Positions 40,020 through 53,066 of a DNA stretch of 64,000 nucleotides are shown one piece after another (positions within the stretch are counted from its first letter, which is position 1; every line of letters starts with the position of its first letter). Below the pieces are notes generated by a model. It did not search any database and was not told where the DNA came from. It saw only the letters and a list, made by a program, of their open reading frames with translations. The translations under genes were made by a program, and so were the position numbers. Source of the DNA: Octopus vulgaris (lineage: Eukaryota); the NCBI GenBank assembly GCA_951406725.2, contig OX597816.1:91698001-91762000 (forward strand), written 5' to 3'.

Positions 40020-40544
40020 TATATATGTATCATACATATGTATATTCATATATATATACATACATATATACACACACATATATACATGTATATACACATA
40101 CACATATGCACACATATATACATATTATATACAATCTATATATATACATACATATACATATATACATACACACATACATGCATACATGTATATATACACA
40201 TACATATGCATACATGCATGCAAACATAGATTACTTTCATACATGCTTACATGCATAAGCACATATATTTGTTTATTTTATAAATTCCTATTATTTTATA
40301 AATAACTGTTTACTATTGGGACATTCTGTACACATAAAGGGAAAGCAGAACAATATACACAGAGATTCCTCTCTCTTTATATAAATATTCTTTTAAGGTT
40401 TTTAATTTTTTACAGGTTTCAGTCATTGGAATGTGGCCATACTAGGGTATTGCTTCCAGAGCATAGACATTTCTATAGATTCTTGTATTTAGCTCAAAAG
40501 GATGAAAGGAAAAGCTGGTCTAGATTGTATTTGGAATGGGGTTG

Positions 40545-41571
40545 CATTTCCAGAAAGGTAAAAAAACACTGTTCAAACAGCAAAAAAGATGTGTGCAACT
40601 TATGGAAATGAGGCAACTCATAGGTTTGTAATTAAAAATTTTGATCTAGACATCTATGAGAATTCCAGTAGGTCTACAGTCATTGATGACCAAATTGAAA
40701 AGCTAATAAAAGATAATCCAGGTCACATGATATGAGACATTGCAGATACATTCCACATATCTCAAATGAGCATTATAAGGCATTTAAAAACACTCAGAGA
40801 TGTGAATCTCTACAATATTTGGGTGCCTCAAAATTTAATGAAAAAAATTAATGGATTACATTTCCTGCTCAAATGCAATAGCGCTCCATTTGTGACAAGA
40901 ATGATTGCATATTAAGAAAGATGGATTGTTTACAACAATGGGAAGCAAAAATGGTTCTGGAGAAAATAAAATGAACTGCTTATAATCACTCCAAAAGCCA
41001 GTCAGTATTTGGAGAAAGTGACACGCTATATTTGGTGGTGTTAGAAGAGCACTGACAATTCTTAGCTCCTTCTGCAAAATCAGACATTGAATTTAGACAC
41101 TTATTGTTCCTAATTAGACTGATTAAAGGTGGCAATTGATGAAAAACATCTAGAATTGGCCAATCAAACTGGTTGATTAAAAGGCCTAGCATTATCCTTT
41201 GGAATAATGCTGGACCTTATGTTACCTTGCAAATTTGGTAGAAATTTGTGCAGCTAGGCTAGGATGTCCTACCACATCCACTATACTCACCTGTCTTTGC
41301 ACCTTTGGATAAACATTTATTTCAGTCCCTAAAAATTCTCTTGATGGAAAGAACTTCAATTCTTTGAAAAATAATGTGAAAAATACTTAGATAAGTTCAT
41401 GACCTCTAAAAATGCTAAGTTCTAGGAGGATAGGATCATGAAGCCAAAAGTGGCAAAACGTAGTGGAACAAAATGGGACATATATGTAGTCGAATAAAGG
41501 TATTTACAAATATCTAAGCATTGTTTTTGAATTTTACTTAAAAACCGTACACATTTTTGTTCCAACTTAAT
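40545..41571 (+). mobile_element. Mariner transposon relic
   Basis: WVPQNL (WVPHEL) and DVLPHPLYSPVFAPLDKHLFQSL (YSPDLAP); right TIR-like end. Confidence 0.85.
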
Positions 41572-41572
41572 G

Positions 41573-41604
<32 letters not shown>

Positions 41605-41641
41605 TGTATGTATGTATGTATGTATGCATGTATGTATGTAT

Positions 41642-42918
41642 GTCTCTTCTATTTTTTAATTATTATAAATCTTCCACTGAGGAGGGAGCTGGTTTCCAAC
41701 AAAGAGACAAGGCTCCATCTTTGGGATATAGTTAACACAGACAAATCCACATTTGTAATTTGAGAAAATCTTGCATATTTTTGCTGTTCCACTCACAGAT
41801 TGCACTTGTAACGTATGAATCAGCTGGTTGATTTCTCTTTCTGAAAATCCCAGTATATCCAGATTCTCCTTTAAGCATTTATTAACAAAACCTGTTGCTC
41901 CAATTATTATTGGTATGAAAATGAATTCATAGCCTGGATATAGAAGCCGAAGGTTTCGAAGCAGTTGTCCTTAGATATCCCCTTTTTCTTTGATTTTCAA
42001 AGAGATATTTATATCTGCAGGGCAGCTGACTTCTATGACAGTACATACATTTGCCCCTCTGTCCCAAACAACAATATCTGGCATGTTATGTTTACATTTG
42101 ACAGAAGTTTTGATGGGAATATTCCACCAGTATTCCCTGAGTTGGTGTTTATGGATGTATTCCATAACAGAGGGATTTTCTAAGTTTATTTCAGGACAGG
42201 TTTTCTTGTGGATGGCATTGTAAACTGTTTTAGCAACAATATCATGCTGCATAGGGAGGTAGTACTGTGACAGCATTTTAGGACAGCAGCTAATCACATG
42301 TGTGATGTCTTCCACAGAAACATGACATAGCCTACACATATGGTTGCACCTTGGTATTACATGAGCGTCACTGTCTCTCTTGTTCACCAGGTACTTTGTG
42401 GCAATCTTCTGTTCCTGGATTGCAAATGCACAGCCTTCGAAGTGTAATTTGATGTAGTGGTCTTGTGTCCAAGAAAGGCTGTACTTCATGTCAATTCTAC
42501 TGTCTTCTTCAAACTTCCGGGTAACATACCCATGCATAGTCTTTTTTTGTATTCTGAGTGCTTTCTATCCAGGTCTTCTTTTTGGTAAGTGAGCCCAGCT
42601 GTTTTGGGGCTGTATAGGAGATCATGAGGGAGAGAGTGCTTCTTGAGGAGCTCACTGTCAACTTGTACAATGTTGCTCACTTCACTTTTCAGCTCTGCAT
42701 TTATATATTTATTTTTGCTGCTATTGTTCAGCAGGTGCTGTCTGAGTGATACCATACGGCATTCGAAGGCTGTCTGCACTGATCTCAGGCCTCTACCACC
42801 TTCATGTCTTCTTAAGTAGAGCCAGCCAACATCATTGTTTCTGTGCAACTTCCCAGTTGTTGTCAAGATTTTGCAGGTTTAATATCAATGGAGTGGATTT
42901 TCTCTACAGACCAATCAA
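41642..42918 (-). mobile_element. R4/Dong-like LINE 3' portion (restriction-like endonuclease)
   Basis: LYL.R.EGGRGL, CCHC knuckle CRLC....EDITHVISCC, HD.VA and PD.....IEVSCP; flanked on both sides by (TATG)n. Confidence 0.88.
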
Positions 42919-43715
42919 GTATGTATGTATGTACGTATGTGTGTACGTATGTGTGTATGTATGTATGTATGTATGTATGTATGTATGTATGTATGTATGT
43001 ATGTATGTATGTATGTATGTATGTATGTATGTATGTATGTATGTATGTATGCATGCATGCATGCATGTATGTATGTATGTGTTTATGTTTATCTTGCTAC
43101 CATTTGACAATTGGTGTTGGCTTGCTAATGACCCTGTCACTTAGTAACTGAGCTGAAGAGATGAACGGAATAAGAACCAGACTTAAAAACAAATTAATTA
43201 CTGGCATTGATTTGTTCAACAAAACCCTTCAAAGCAGTGCCCCAGCATGGCTGTAGTCAAAGGACTGAAACAAATAAAAGGTAAAATATAAAGGGTTACA
43301 AAGTTCATTGCGAGTGACATAAGAATGTTGATACATTCTTTCTAAGCTGTTGAGGTGCAGACAAAAAGGGAAGGTCTCCTGTGATACAATTTTGATGAGC
43401 AGAGTTGAAATAATTACATGAGAAATGTATAAAAATTCAGGCAAGGAATCATGAGATTTTTGCATTATTAATTTTGTTATTCACTCCTGGATATTTGCTT
43501 AATAAAAGAGAGATATAGATACAAACCTCTCTCAAAGTCAAACTAACTAAAGAGGAAGAAGTTAGTAATTAGGTCAGGGTTAGATATTCCATTTAGTGAG
43601 GAATTTGAAGTTCAATTGTGAATTCACCAAATTTTTATTCTTAGGTCTATCTTAATCCTCTTGGTACATGAAATTATTATGAAAACATTTCAATAGTATG
43701 TTAGCAGCATACTGT

Positions 43716-43894
43716 ACAATGAAAGCTGCTTATTATAATCACGGATAATGTTATCAAATGGCTATTGTCATTAAAATCAGTGGAGGCCCACATGTGCTCA
43801 GGAAATTGTTAAATTCTCTGCATAATATTATCAGCTGGTTATTGTAATCTAAGAGGCTCCATCCCAGAATAATTGTAATAAGTGGCTTTCGCTT
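43716..43894. mobile_element. Tc1/pogo-like MITE
   Basis: TIR-like CAATGAAAGCTGCTTATTATAAT / ATTGTAATAAGTGGCTTTCGCT. Confidence 0.55.
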
Positions 43895-44389
43895 ATATCA
43901 ATTTTTCTGCTCCATTTCTAAACATATTATATTGCTATTAGAATATCTAGCATTTATTTCACTTATTTATAGAAACAACTTGTTTCAGTAGCCTCTAAGA
44001 CATCTCCCCACTAATAGCTCCCTATTGGGTGAATGAACCAACAATGGAGCCTCTTATAGTCACATGACCTGCTAGAAATAGCACATAAATCTCCCTTAAT
44101 CCAAATCCTACTATTTCAAAGAAAAGGAAAGGGCACATTAGATAATGTAGTTTTAGATACTCTTAAAACGATAAGATGTTCATGACCGGACTGCCTATGA
44201 TCATAGATCTGTTTGATCAGAGTTGATCAGCAGATAACTAACAACCCATAGGAGTATATGTAAGAGGGGATGCTGAAAAGTTCCTGACTTTAAGGGTAAC
44301 CCTAAAGGCCTGGCAGGAGGCCCAACCTTCTGAGTTCTTTTACGAAGGATCACTGCAATAAGTGTGTGAATCTGAGAGGGGCATCTTGA

Positions 44390-44689
44390 ACTTCAGGATG
44401 GAGATTTTCGGATCATGTCTGCATTTTAGAAAATTCCTGCTGGCTCTTTGCAATCTGCATGGTGGGACCACATCTGGAAAGCAATAGCCAAGGCTGAAGG
44501 GAGACAATCGTTTACCATCATGGTGCATTTTTTTAAATTGTCACTGCTCCTTATTTACATTCAACGGATATTTATCCTCGTCTTGTTTGTTGTTAACACA
44601 ACGTTTCGGCTGATATACACTCCAGCCTTCTTCTGGTGTCTTGGGGAAAATTCAAACCTGGGTTCTCATTCCTAAGGTATTTTTCGATG

Positions 44690-44721
<32 letters not shown>

Positions 44722-44861
44722 GTTATTGTTCAGGTCACTGCTTGGAATCAAACTTGCAATCTTGAGGTTAGTAGCTCGTGCTTTTAACCACTACACTCTT
44801 AACCCCAAGATTCCAAGTTCGATTCTAAGCAGTGGCCTGAAAAATAACAATAATAATAATG

Positions 44862-44924
<63 letters not shown>

Positions 44925-45515
44925 GTAATAATAACATCGAAAAATACCTTAGGAATGAGAATCCAGGTTTGAATTTTCCCCAAGACACCTGAAGAAGGCT
45001 GAAGGGTATATCAACCAAAACACTGTGTTAACAACAAGCAAGATGAGGACAAATATCCGTCAAATGTAAATTATGTAAATAACGTACACAATTCCTCACC
45101 TCTTAAATATAGAACTGTATCACCACTCCTTTTCATACTTTTTATGAATTGGATTGATATGTGCAGCTGTTGTGGAAGTGGTATCACAATCTGTGGGCAT
45201 AGGATTGGTCAACTGATAATTACAGATGAGATGGTACTATTTTGCTCATCAGAAGGTGGTCTCCAGCATGACTGAATGAATATGATTGCAACTACAAGTG
45301 GTCAAAATGTGGTTCTTTCAAAAAATGCCTGGAGTAACATTATTTGACAGGGTTCATAACTCGGAAGTCAGGGAGTCTCTCCAGGTGGGGCTGTTACTTC
45401 TTCAAATTGAGAAGTCACAACTCCACTACTACAGACATGTGATGAGAATACTGCAGAAAATAAAACACAAGGCCCATTCTTCAAGACAAGCCAACTGGCA
45501 GGAGACCTAGGGGAA
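44390..45515 (+). mobile_element. RTE-type LINE relic interrupted by a palindromic insert
   Basis: LSPLL|FILFMNWID spans the insertion; downstream GVTLFDRVHNSEVRESL..IEKSQLHYYRHVMR. Confidence 0.7.
44553..45119. mobile_element. Head-to-head palindromic tRNA-headed element carrying hammerhead cores
   Basis: ~240-270 bp inverted arms, A/B-box-like head, (AAT)n, GACAC-CTGAAGA-A-GGCTG..CAGCC-GAAACGTT-GTGTT consensus; 12-bp TSD. Confidence 0.75.
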
Positions 45516-45722
45516 GATCAGTCATTCACAACTGGGGTCCATATAACCCTTGGGGGGTGCATGTCCATATGAGAAATTTGGGAATCCAAGCAAACAAAAT
45601 GGTAACTTGAGGATCCTACAGCAGTATGTTAAGGGTCCATTAAAAAATTTTGCTTTTTATGTATTTATTGCAACAGCTACATTTCTTTCTCTAATGTTTT
45701 ACATAGTTCAATATATATATAT

Positions 45723-45848
45723 ATCAAAATAAGCAACAAGGATATCCAGAGGTAATGCAGTACGATTGTTTCATGCGACTCCATTTAATTGAACAATGCA
45801 AACAATTGTACTGCATTACCTCTGGATATCCTTGTTGGTTATTTTGAT
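45723..45848. repeat. 49-bp near-perfect inverted repeat with 28-nt spacer
   Basis: ATCAAAATAAGCAACAAGGATATCCAGAGGTAATGCAGTACGATTGTTT and its reverse complement; adjacent to (TA)n. Confidence 0.85.
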
Positions 45849-45936
45849 TATAATCACCCCATTTTGAATTATATGGATAATACCATACCAAATTCTGGTG
45901 CCTTTAACTTAAGTACCATAGTCATCTGAATCTAAA

Positions 45937-46458
45937 CTTTACTGAACTTATATATATATATATATGTAAAAGTAGGTGTGGCAGTGTGTATATATATGCA
46001 TATATACATATATGTACATACTTACACATAAATACGTATATACATATGCATATATAGGCACAGATGTCACAGAATGTAAACATGAAATACGAAATATGAA
46101 AACATGGAATACAAACTTTTTTTGCAAACAATGAAAGAAACAAATGCATTTCAAGCAAACTGTAAATTGCTCGAAATACGGTGTAGAAAAACAACCAACA
46201 ACTGATGAAGGATCATTCTTTATGATGCTTGTCTTGTTTTCCATTTCTTTCATTGTTCGCAGAAAAAAAGTTTGTATTCCATGTTTTCATATTTCGTTTT
46301 TCATATTGTTTACGTTCTGTGATGTCTTGTGCCCATATATGCATATGTATATACATATTTATGTAAGTATGTACATCATCATCATCATCATCATCGTTCG
46401 CTTTCCATGCTATATGTATGTTTATATGCATATATATGCATATATGTGTATGTATATA

Positions 46459-46490
<32 letters not shown>

Positions 46491-46503
46491 CTTTCAGTAA
46501 AAG
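45937..46503. repeat. Palindromic element (same family as 56853-57240)
   Basis: Inverted arms with a partly deleted left arm; short RTE tail inserted at ~46374-46410. Confidence 0.75.
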
Positions 46504-46720
46504 TATATATATATATATATATATAAATAATTAGATATAGACTAATATGGATATTAGAATATGGATTTTCTACCTTATAAATTAAAGTTAATATTTAACA
46601 TTATAGTCGATTTCGATATAATCATATTTAATAATAGAGTTTATTATAAGTAAATTATTATTTTAGATTATATAGATTATTTATATCTTAAAAATATTGA
46701 TTATATTTTAGATTTTGAAA

Positions 46721-46783
46721 CCACCTGATGAATGTCTGCTACTCAAAAATTTGATGACAGAAGACAGGAAACAATCGTAGTGG
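46721..46783 (+). ncRNA. Minimal type I hammerhead ribozyme
   Basis: CCAC-CTGATGA-A-TGTCT...AGACA-G-GAAAC-AATC-GTA-GTGG; stem I CCAC/GTGG. Confidence 0.7.
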
Positions 46784-47222
46784 ATATTAATTATATTTTT
46801 TAATAATTGTTACATATCTAAATAATATAAATTAATTTATGTATTGGCTTAAGTCTTTCATTGTTTGATTTGCATAATAGTGGTTTTGTCTCTAATTTAA
46901 TATAATATTATATATATATATATATATATAAATATTATTTATATTACATGACTGAACGCCATGCATCCATTTCCAAGTATATATATAGTTGAGGTGGGTT
47001 CTGTTAATAACATATAAGAGTACAAATAGAGCTTGTTCACCCTTAGAATTCCCAAATAGCCGGCAGTGTTCTTATGGTATGCTACCAATTCTAGTCTTAG
47101 GTATTCCTCATGTGTGAAACATTTGTAGCGATTAAAAAGCTGCCTGACTGTACTTACTCTTCCTTTTGACTTACCAAACTTATGTATATATCTATATCTG
47201 TATGTAGGTGTATATATGTGTA

Positions 47223-47262
<40 letters not shown>

Positions 47263-47699
47263 CATACAGATACACATACACATGCACACATTTATCTGTG
47301 TGTGTGTGTCTGCATGTGTGTGTTTGCATACTCCAGTCTTGACATCATGAAATGATTGTAAATGAGGAACATTATCATACAAGCAACATTGTTTCTAGTC
47401 TTCTATGAAAAATATGTCTGCCCAAGTGGAAATATTACCTAGTTTGGAAACTCCTAAGGGTTGGTGATAAGAAGCACATCTGGCTGTAGGAAATCTGCTT
47501 CAACTATTTCTGTCTGATCCATGCAAGCATGGAAAAATGGACATTAAGTGATGATAATGACATGCAGGTGCGAGCATGTGCACACACACATACACACATG
47601 CACGGACACACACACATGCACAAACATGCACACATGTGCACACACAAAGACATGTACATGCATAAACACATGTAGACATATACATGTATATATGTATGC

Positions 47700-48295
47700 C
47701 ATCATCATCATCATCATCCTTGTCATCATTATTTAACGTCCATTTTTAATGCCGGCATGGGTCAGATGGTTTGACAGGAGCTGGCCAACTGAAGAATTGC
47801 CCAGACTCTGTATCTGTTTTAGCATGGTTTCAACAGCTGGATGCCCTTCCTAACACCAAACACTTTACAGAGTGTACTGGGTGCTTTTATGCAGCACCAG
47901 TCCTGGTGGCTTTACATGGCACTGGTACATGTGCTTTTTATGTAGCACCAGCACCCGCAAGTCCACAAGATTAGGAATGCTCAGCTGGAGAGTGTTGCAG
48001 GAGACGAGCCTGTATGCAAGGACAATCAAACTTTTACTTAGCTTGATGTGACTTTTCAAGCACAGCAAACTACCTGGAGTCTTAGACCCCTGTCATCCCC
48101 TCTTTGAGTCCTAATGCCTGTAGATCCTTCCTCACCACTTCATCCCACGTTTTCTTGGGTCTTCCCCTTCCACATGTTCCCTCTATAATTAGAGATTAGC
48201 ACCTCCTGATGCAACTGTCTTCATTCATATGATTTGCATGGCTATACCAGTACAGTCTTCTCTCTTGCACACCACATCTGCAATATGTAAAGACT
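47700..48295 (-). mobile_element. RTE LINE 3' end
   Basis: (ATC)n tail, 3' UTR and ORF end (GRPKKTWDEVVRKDL). Confidence 0.8.
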
Positions 48296-48395
48296 ACTTT
48301 CTCTGTCAGTCTCCCAGTGATACTGCCGCACCTCTAGCACAGAAGTAGTATATAATATATAATATATATATATGTGTATATATATATGTGTGTGT

Positions 48396-48464
<69 letters not shown>

Positions 48465-48651
48465 GGAGTGAGCACATTAATGTGAAACAAGGTGGAAAAA
48501 AATGTACTCAAATACCAGAGGTAGAGTAATTTGCTTTATTTAAAAGCAGCAGAAATATAACAAAAGCTTTTAAATAAAGTATATATATATATTTCGTTTT
48601 TGGATTTGGTTTGCAAGATTCTTTATATGAGTTTGTGTGTTGAAGAATATT

Positions 48652-48856
48652 CTGTTGTGTCTGGGGAGAGTCATTTTCTTTTTGTGCCTTATAATGTAAC
48701 ACACTCTCCGGTAAAATTTCCACTTTTTTCTTATTTTTATTTTCCTAAAATTTTCGTTTTAGGAAAAATAAAAATAAGAAAAAAGTGGAAATTTTACCGG
48801 TCAGTGTGTTATATTATAAGGCACAAAAAGAAAATGACTCTCCCCAGACACCACAG
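48652..48856. repeat. ~100-bp-arm palindrome between TA tracts
   Basis: GTGTCTGGGGAGAGTCATTTTC...CCTAAAA ttttcg TTTTAGG...GACTCTCCCCAGACAC. Confidence 0.9.
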
Positions 48857-48903
<47 letters not shown>

Positions 48904-48906
48904 ATA

Positions 48907-48965
<59 letters not shown>

Positions 48966-50063
48966 AACTATATATATATATATGTAACTATATATATGTA
49001 TGCATGTATGTATGTATTTATATATACATATATATATATATATGTATGTAGCTATATATATATATGTAACTATATATATGTATGCATGTATGTATGTATT
49101 TATGTATGTGTGTACAAGGTTAATTCACTTCTCTCACTCCTTTCCTGTTCTACATAGCTATCTATTTAGCCATCAGCAAGTATCACCTTCGTCCAATCAA
49201 AATGTGTGTGTGTATATATCTATATATGGGTCTGTACATAAATGTGTATGCCTTTGCATGTATGTAGGTATCTGTGTAAGCATGCATGTGTTATTATCAT
49301 TGTCATCATCATTTAACGTCCGTTCCCTATGCAGGCATATATGTAAGTATGAAATTGTATGTTTGTTTGCATGCATGCGTGTGTGCATGTGTGCGTGTGT
49401 TTTGACGAAAGTAGAATTATTAGATTAATTACTTGCCTTAGTATTTATTGTATCTCATTGAAAACCTTTTTTTTTTTTTTTACTTTAGACACAGGAGGAT
49501 TTAATAGTACTATAGCCAACATTGGCTTTTATTAGTGTTATACAGGAAACTAGTGATATGGTGGTTAAGTGCTTATCCTGGCAGAGCTTCTAATAGTAGA
49601 GTCTAGAGAGGTGGGACCAGCTACATTTTGAAACTATATGGTAATTTTCTCTAAAATGAGTTAGTTTCAAACCGGTCTTATTACCAAGTAAGAAAATTTA
49701 AATTCTTTATTTTTAAACTTTTTAGTCTCTTCTAAAATCTGACAACGAAAAATCTTTGCAAATTCAGAAACTTAGATGAATACTTGATGTCACTTACATT
49801 TAAATGCTCTTCTCACTACTGTTCTATTTCAAACAACCATAAATTATGACGTATATAAAGCAAGGTCAATTTGCTACTCCCCAGTGGTTACAATTTCTGT
49901 ATTTAGCAAAGTAGATCAGTCATCTACAGAGAAGCCACTTTGCCTGAACAGTTAGATCCTCAACAGTAAGAACAGCTACACTGTGCCCATTCTCTGCTCA
50001 TTGTACTGTACTACAAAGATCTCCGCACCTTAATAAAAGACAAATAACCAAATCTGAAGAACC

Positions 50064-50135
50064 GTCATCATCATCATCATCGTCATCGTCATCATCATCA
50101 TCATCACCACCACCACCACCACCACCACCACCACC

Positions 50136-50224
<89 letters not shown>

Positions 50225-50238
50225 CCACCACCAAAACC

Positions 50239-50287
<49 letters not shown>

Positions 50288-50465
50288 CCAAAACCACCAC
50301 CACCACCACCACCACCACCACCACCACCAACACCACTAACACCACCAACACCACCACCACCACCAACACCACCAACACCACCAACACCACCACCACCACC
50401 ACCACCACCACCACCACCATCATCATTGTCATCATCGTTGCCGTTATCATCATCATCACCACCAT

Positions 50466-50513
<48 letters not shown>

Positions 50514-50520
50514 TATCGTC
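50064..50520. repeat. Compound (CAT)n/(CAC)n trinucleotide array; expanded tail of the adjacent RTE fragment
   Basis: ~460 bp, continuous with TTTAACATC.GTTTTCCATGCTGGCATGG (RTE 3' end, 50520-50835, minus). Confidence 0.9.
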
Positions 50521-50849
50521 ATTTAACATCTGTTTTCCATGCTGGCATGGGTTAAATTGTCTGACTGGTACTGATAAGCTGGTGGGCTGCGCCAGACTCC
50601 AGTTGTTGGTTTCGGCTTGATTTCTAAAGTTGGATAACCTTTCTAATGTCAACCACTTTACAGAGTGTACTGGGTGGCTTTCATGTGTCACCAGTACAGG
50701 TACATTTTTATGTGTTACCAGTACTGACAATGACCACATTTCACTTAGTTTGATGTGTCTTCTCAAGCACAGCAAATCAACAGTAGTCTCAGTCGCTTGT
50801 CGTTGTCTCCATGAAGCTCAACAGCAGGAGATTATATTTAACTTACATT

Positions 50850-52715
50850 TGCATTTCTTGCCACAAGATAGGTTTTGCTGTAGCTCTTGACAACAGGAGA
50901 TCCAGTTTCGTTTTGAAGTTATCTACATCCATCCCATGTAGTCTTCTCATGCTTTTTGGGAGAATATTGAAGAGCTGGGGATCCTGGAAACCCAAATTGT
51001 TGGAGTATCTGGTTCTGTATCTTGATGACAATGTTGGGATTTTTGGCACTATGCAGTGGTGCCTTGTTCTGATGTTTATGTAACTTTCAATGCCAAAGTT
51101 TGATACAAGTTTTGGTACAAGTTCCTCCAAGATTTTCCAGATGTATATCACTGCATATCTTTACTGATTTCGTTCTAGAGTCTTAATGTTTTCAGGCTTT
51201 CCCAGTAGCTGACACATTGAGATGATCTTTTTTGTGTAGCTTCACTGGATTGCTTTGAGTTTCGCCATTAATTTTGCACAGAGTGTCGATCATAGTTTGG
51301 AGCAGTAGTCTAAATGGCTGAAGAAAAATGTCCTCCAGGTGACCCTCATGGTTTCCTGTTCTCTCATCCTGAAAGTTCTAAGGATCAAGCCAGCCAGCAC
51401 CTGTATTTCATTACCAACTTAGTAATATGAATTTGAAAAGTGGCATCATTACTCATGAAAATGCCCATGTGGCACACAGATTTTGATTCAGAGACTGCAG
51501 TCTCTCCTGAACCAGTGTATCCTGTTTGCATTTCATTCAGCTTCATGTGCTGATAGTGTAGGGTTTGGAATTTTCCAGCATTAAGCTGTGTGTTATTGTG
51601 CTCAGCCTACTTGTATATTGTGTTTAACTCCTGTTGCAAGTGTGCAACATCTCCAGGGTTCTGTATCCCATGAGAGACTTTTATATTGTCTGCATAGCTA
51701 GCAAGGGTGGTTATCTGAACAGCTGAGGGCATGTCTGAGAGAGCCACTATGAATAGCAATGACATTAAGAAAATGCCCTGTGGAATACTACTCACTCTTT
51801 GTGTTTCTGTTGGGGCAGCTCCATTGGCTTCCACTGCCTAATTTCTATCTTCTGAAAAGTCATGTAACCACTTGCCATGTTTTGTGACATATATCATAGT
51901 CACCTTTATCAAATGCTTTTGCAAAGTTGAAATATATTATATCTACATTTGAATTGTTGAGCAGCTGCTTTAGCACCTGTTTGTTGTAACACTGTCAGGC
52001 AGCTCCTACTTGGTTGAAAACCATGCTTTGTACCAGTCAGCAAGGAATGCAGTTAGTTTCCTTCTAACTTTTCATTCCATGACTTTACTGATGTGTAAGG
52101 TCAGAGAGTTAGGTCTATAGTTTTTAGAATCTGCTCTGCTTCCTCCTTTATGGACAGAGCATATTATTCCCTCCTTCAATTTACCTGGGAGCTTATCATT
52201 TGCAAGGAAGCTCTGAAAAATTAGCTGCTGTGATTTTGCAAGAGTTCATTTGCATGATATGAGAAGGATTGCTGGGAATCCAGCAAGGCCAGCTGCTGAG
52301 GTTGACCAGTATCACATCTTTTTTGATGCTGATGCAATAAATTACTACTGCTTTCCTGTTTACGAGTGCAGTGGCAAAGAACTCCACTGGTTTGTTCACT
52401 TGCCTGTGTTCCAACTGGGTAGTGAAAACACTTTTAAACTGTTTGTTCAGTACTTCACTTATCCTTCTTCATTTTCCTATGAGGGAGCCATCCTTTTGGA
52501 GGAGGGGCCCTATTTTATAATTTACTGAGATGGTTTCTTTGGCAAAGTTAAAGAAAGCTTTAAGGATTGACTTTATATTTTTTATGATTGGGGCATCTGT
52601 ATCTGTTTTCTCTTTTCCATGGGATTGTTGCAAACTTTTCTTAATCTCCATTGTTGTTGTTTTCAGGCAGGACGTTTCGCAACTTTTGAGATGTTTGCTT
52701 AAGCAGTTTGCAATC
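50850..52715 (-). mobile_element. CR1-clade LINE relic
   Basis: IYFNFAKAFDK, IPQG....LLFI, SYADNIKV, IYIWKILEEL, QLFNILPKS.R, FKTKLD. Confidence 0.85.
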
Positions 52716-52975
52716 TATGATGATAATATAATATAATATAATATAATATAATATAATATGATGCAATATATGTATATATATAGTTTATAGATGAGATCCA
52801 AATGTTCTTTTATAGAATACACTTAATAGTGCCCAAGAGATTTAAACTTGAGCGGGTTTAGAGGTAAATGTAGGGATATATAAAGTATATTAAATACATG
52901 AAATACAAAAAAAAAACTGCATATATGTATACATTTAAAAAGGCCCAACTTACTCAGATAACAAAGTATTACAAA

Positions 52976-53066
52976 TCCAGCAGCTGTTTCTTGGGGCTTG
53001 GCAATCCATAATAATGTTTGTAGATAGATTTCATCATTGGTTGAGATGAACCTCTGTCTTCAGGGA
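52976..53066 (-). ncRNA. Degenerate hammerhead with long stem II
   Basis: TCC-CTGAAGA-~66 nt-GAAAC-AGCT-GCT-GGA (cleavage triplet mutated). Confidence 0.4.

Noticed and set aside
39827-40305. Long ORFs rich in YI/HT/CV dipeptides (here and throughout)
   Set aside because: Translations of TA/CA/TATG microsatellites that lack stop codons.
46940-47185. Possible Penelope RT thumb fragment on minus
   Set aside because: Only vague similarity; no diagnostic motif.
49907-49965. Short candidate exon (similar case near 54987-55026)
   Set aside because: Too short to distinguish from chance splice-like signals.
49998-50775. Poly-M/V/D/G ORFs
   Set aside because: Artefact of the (CAT)/(CAC) triplet array.
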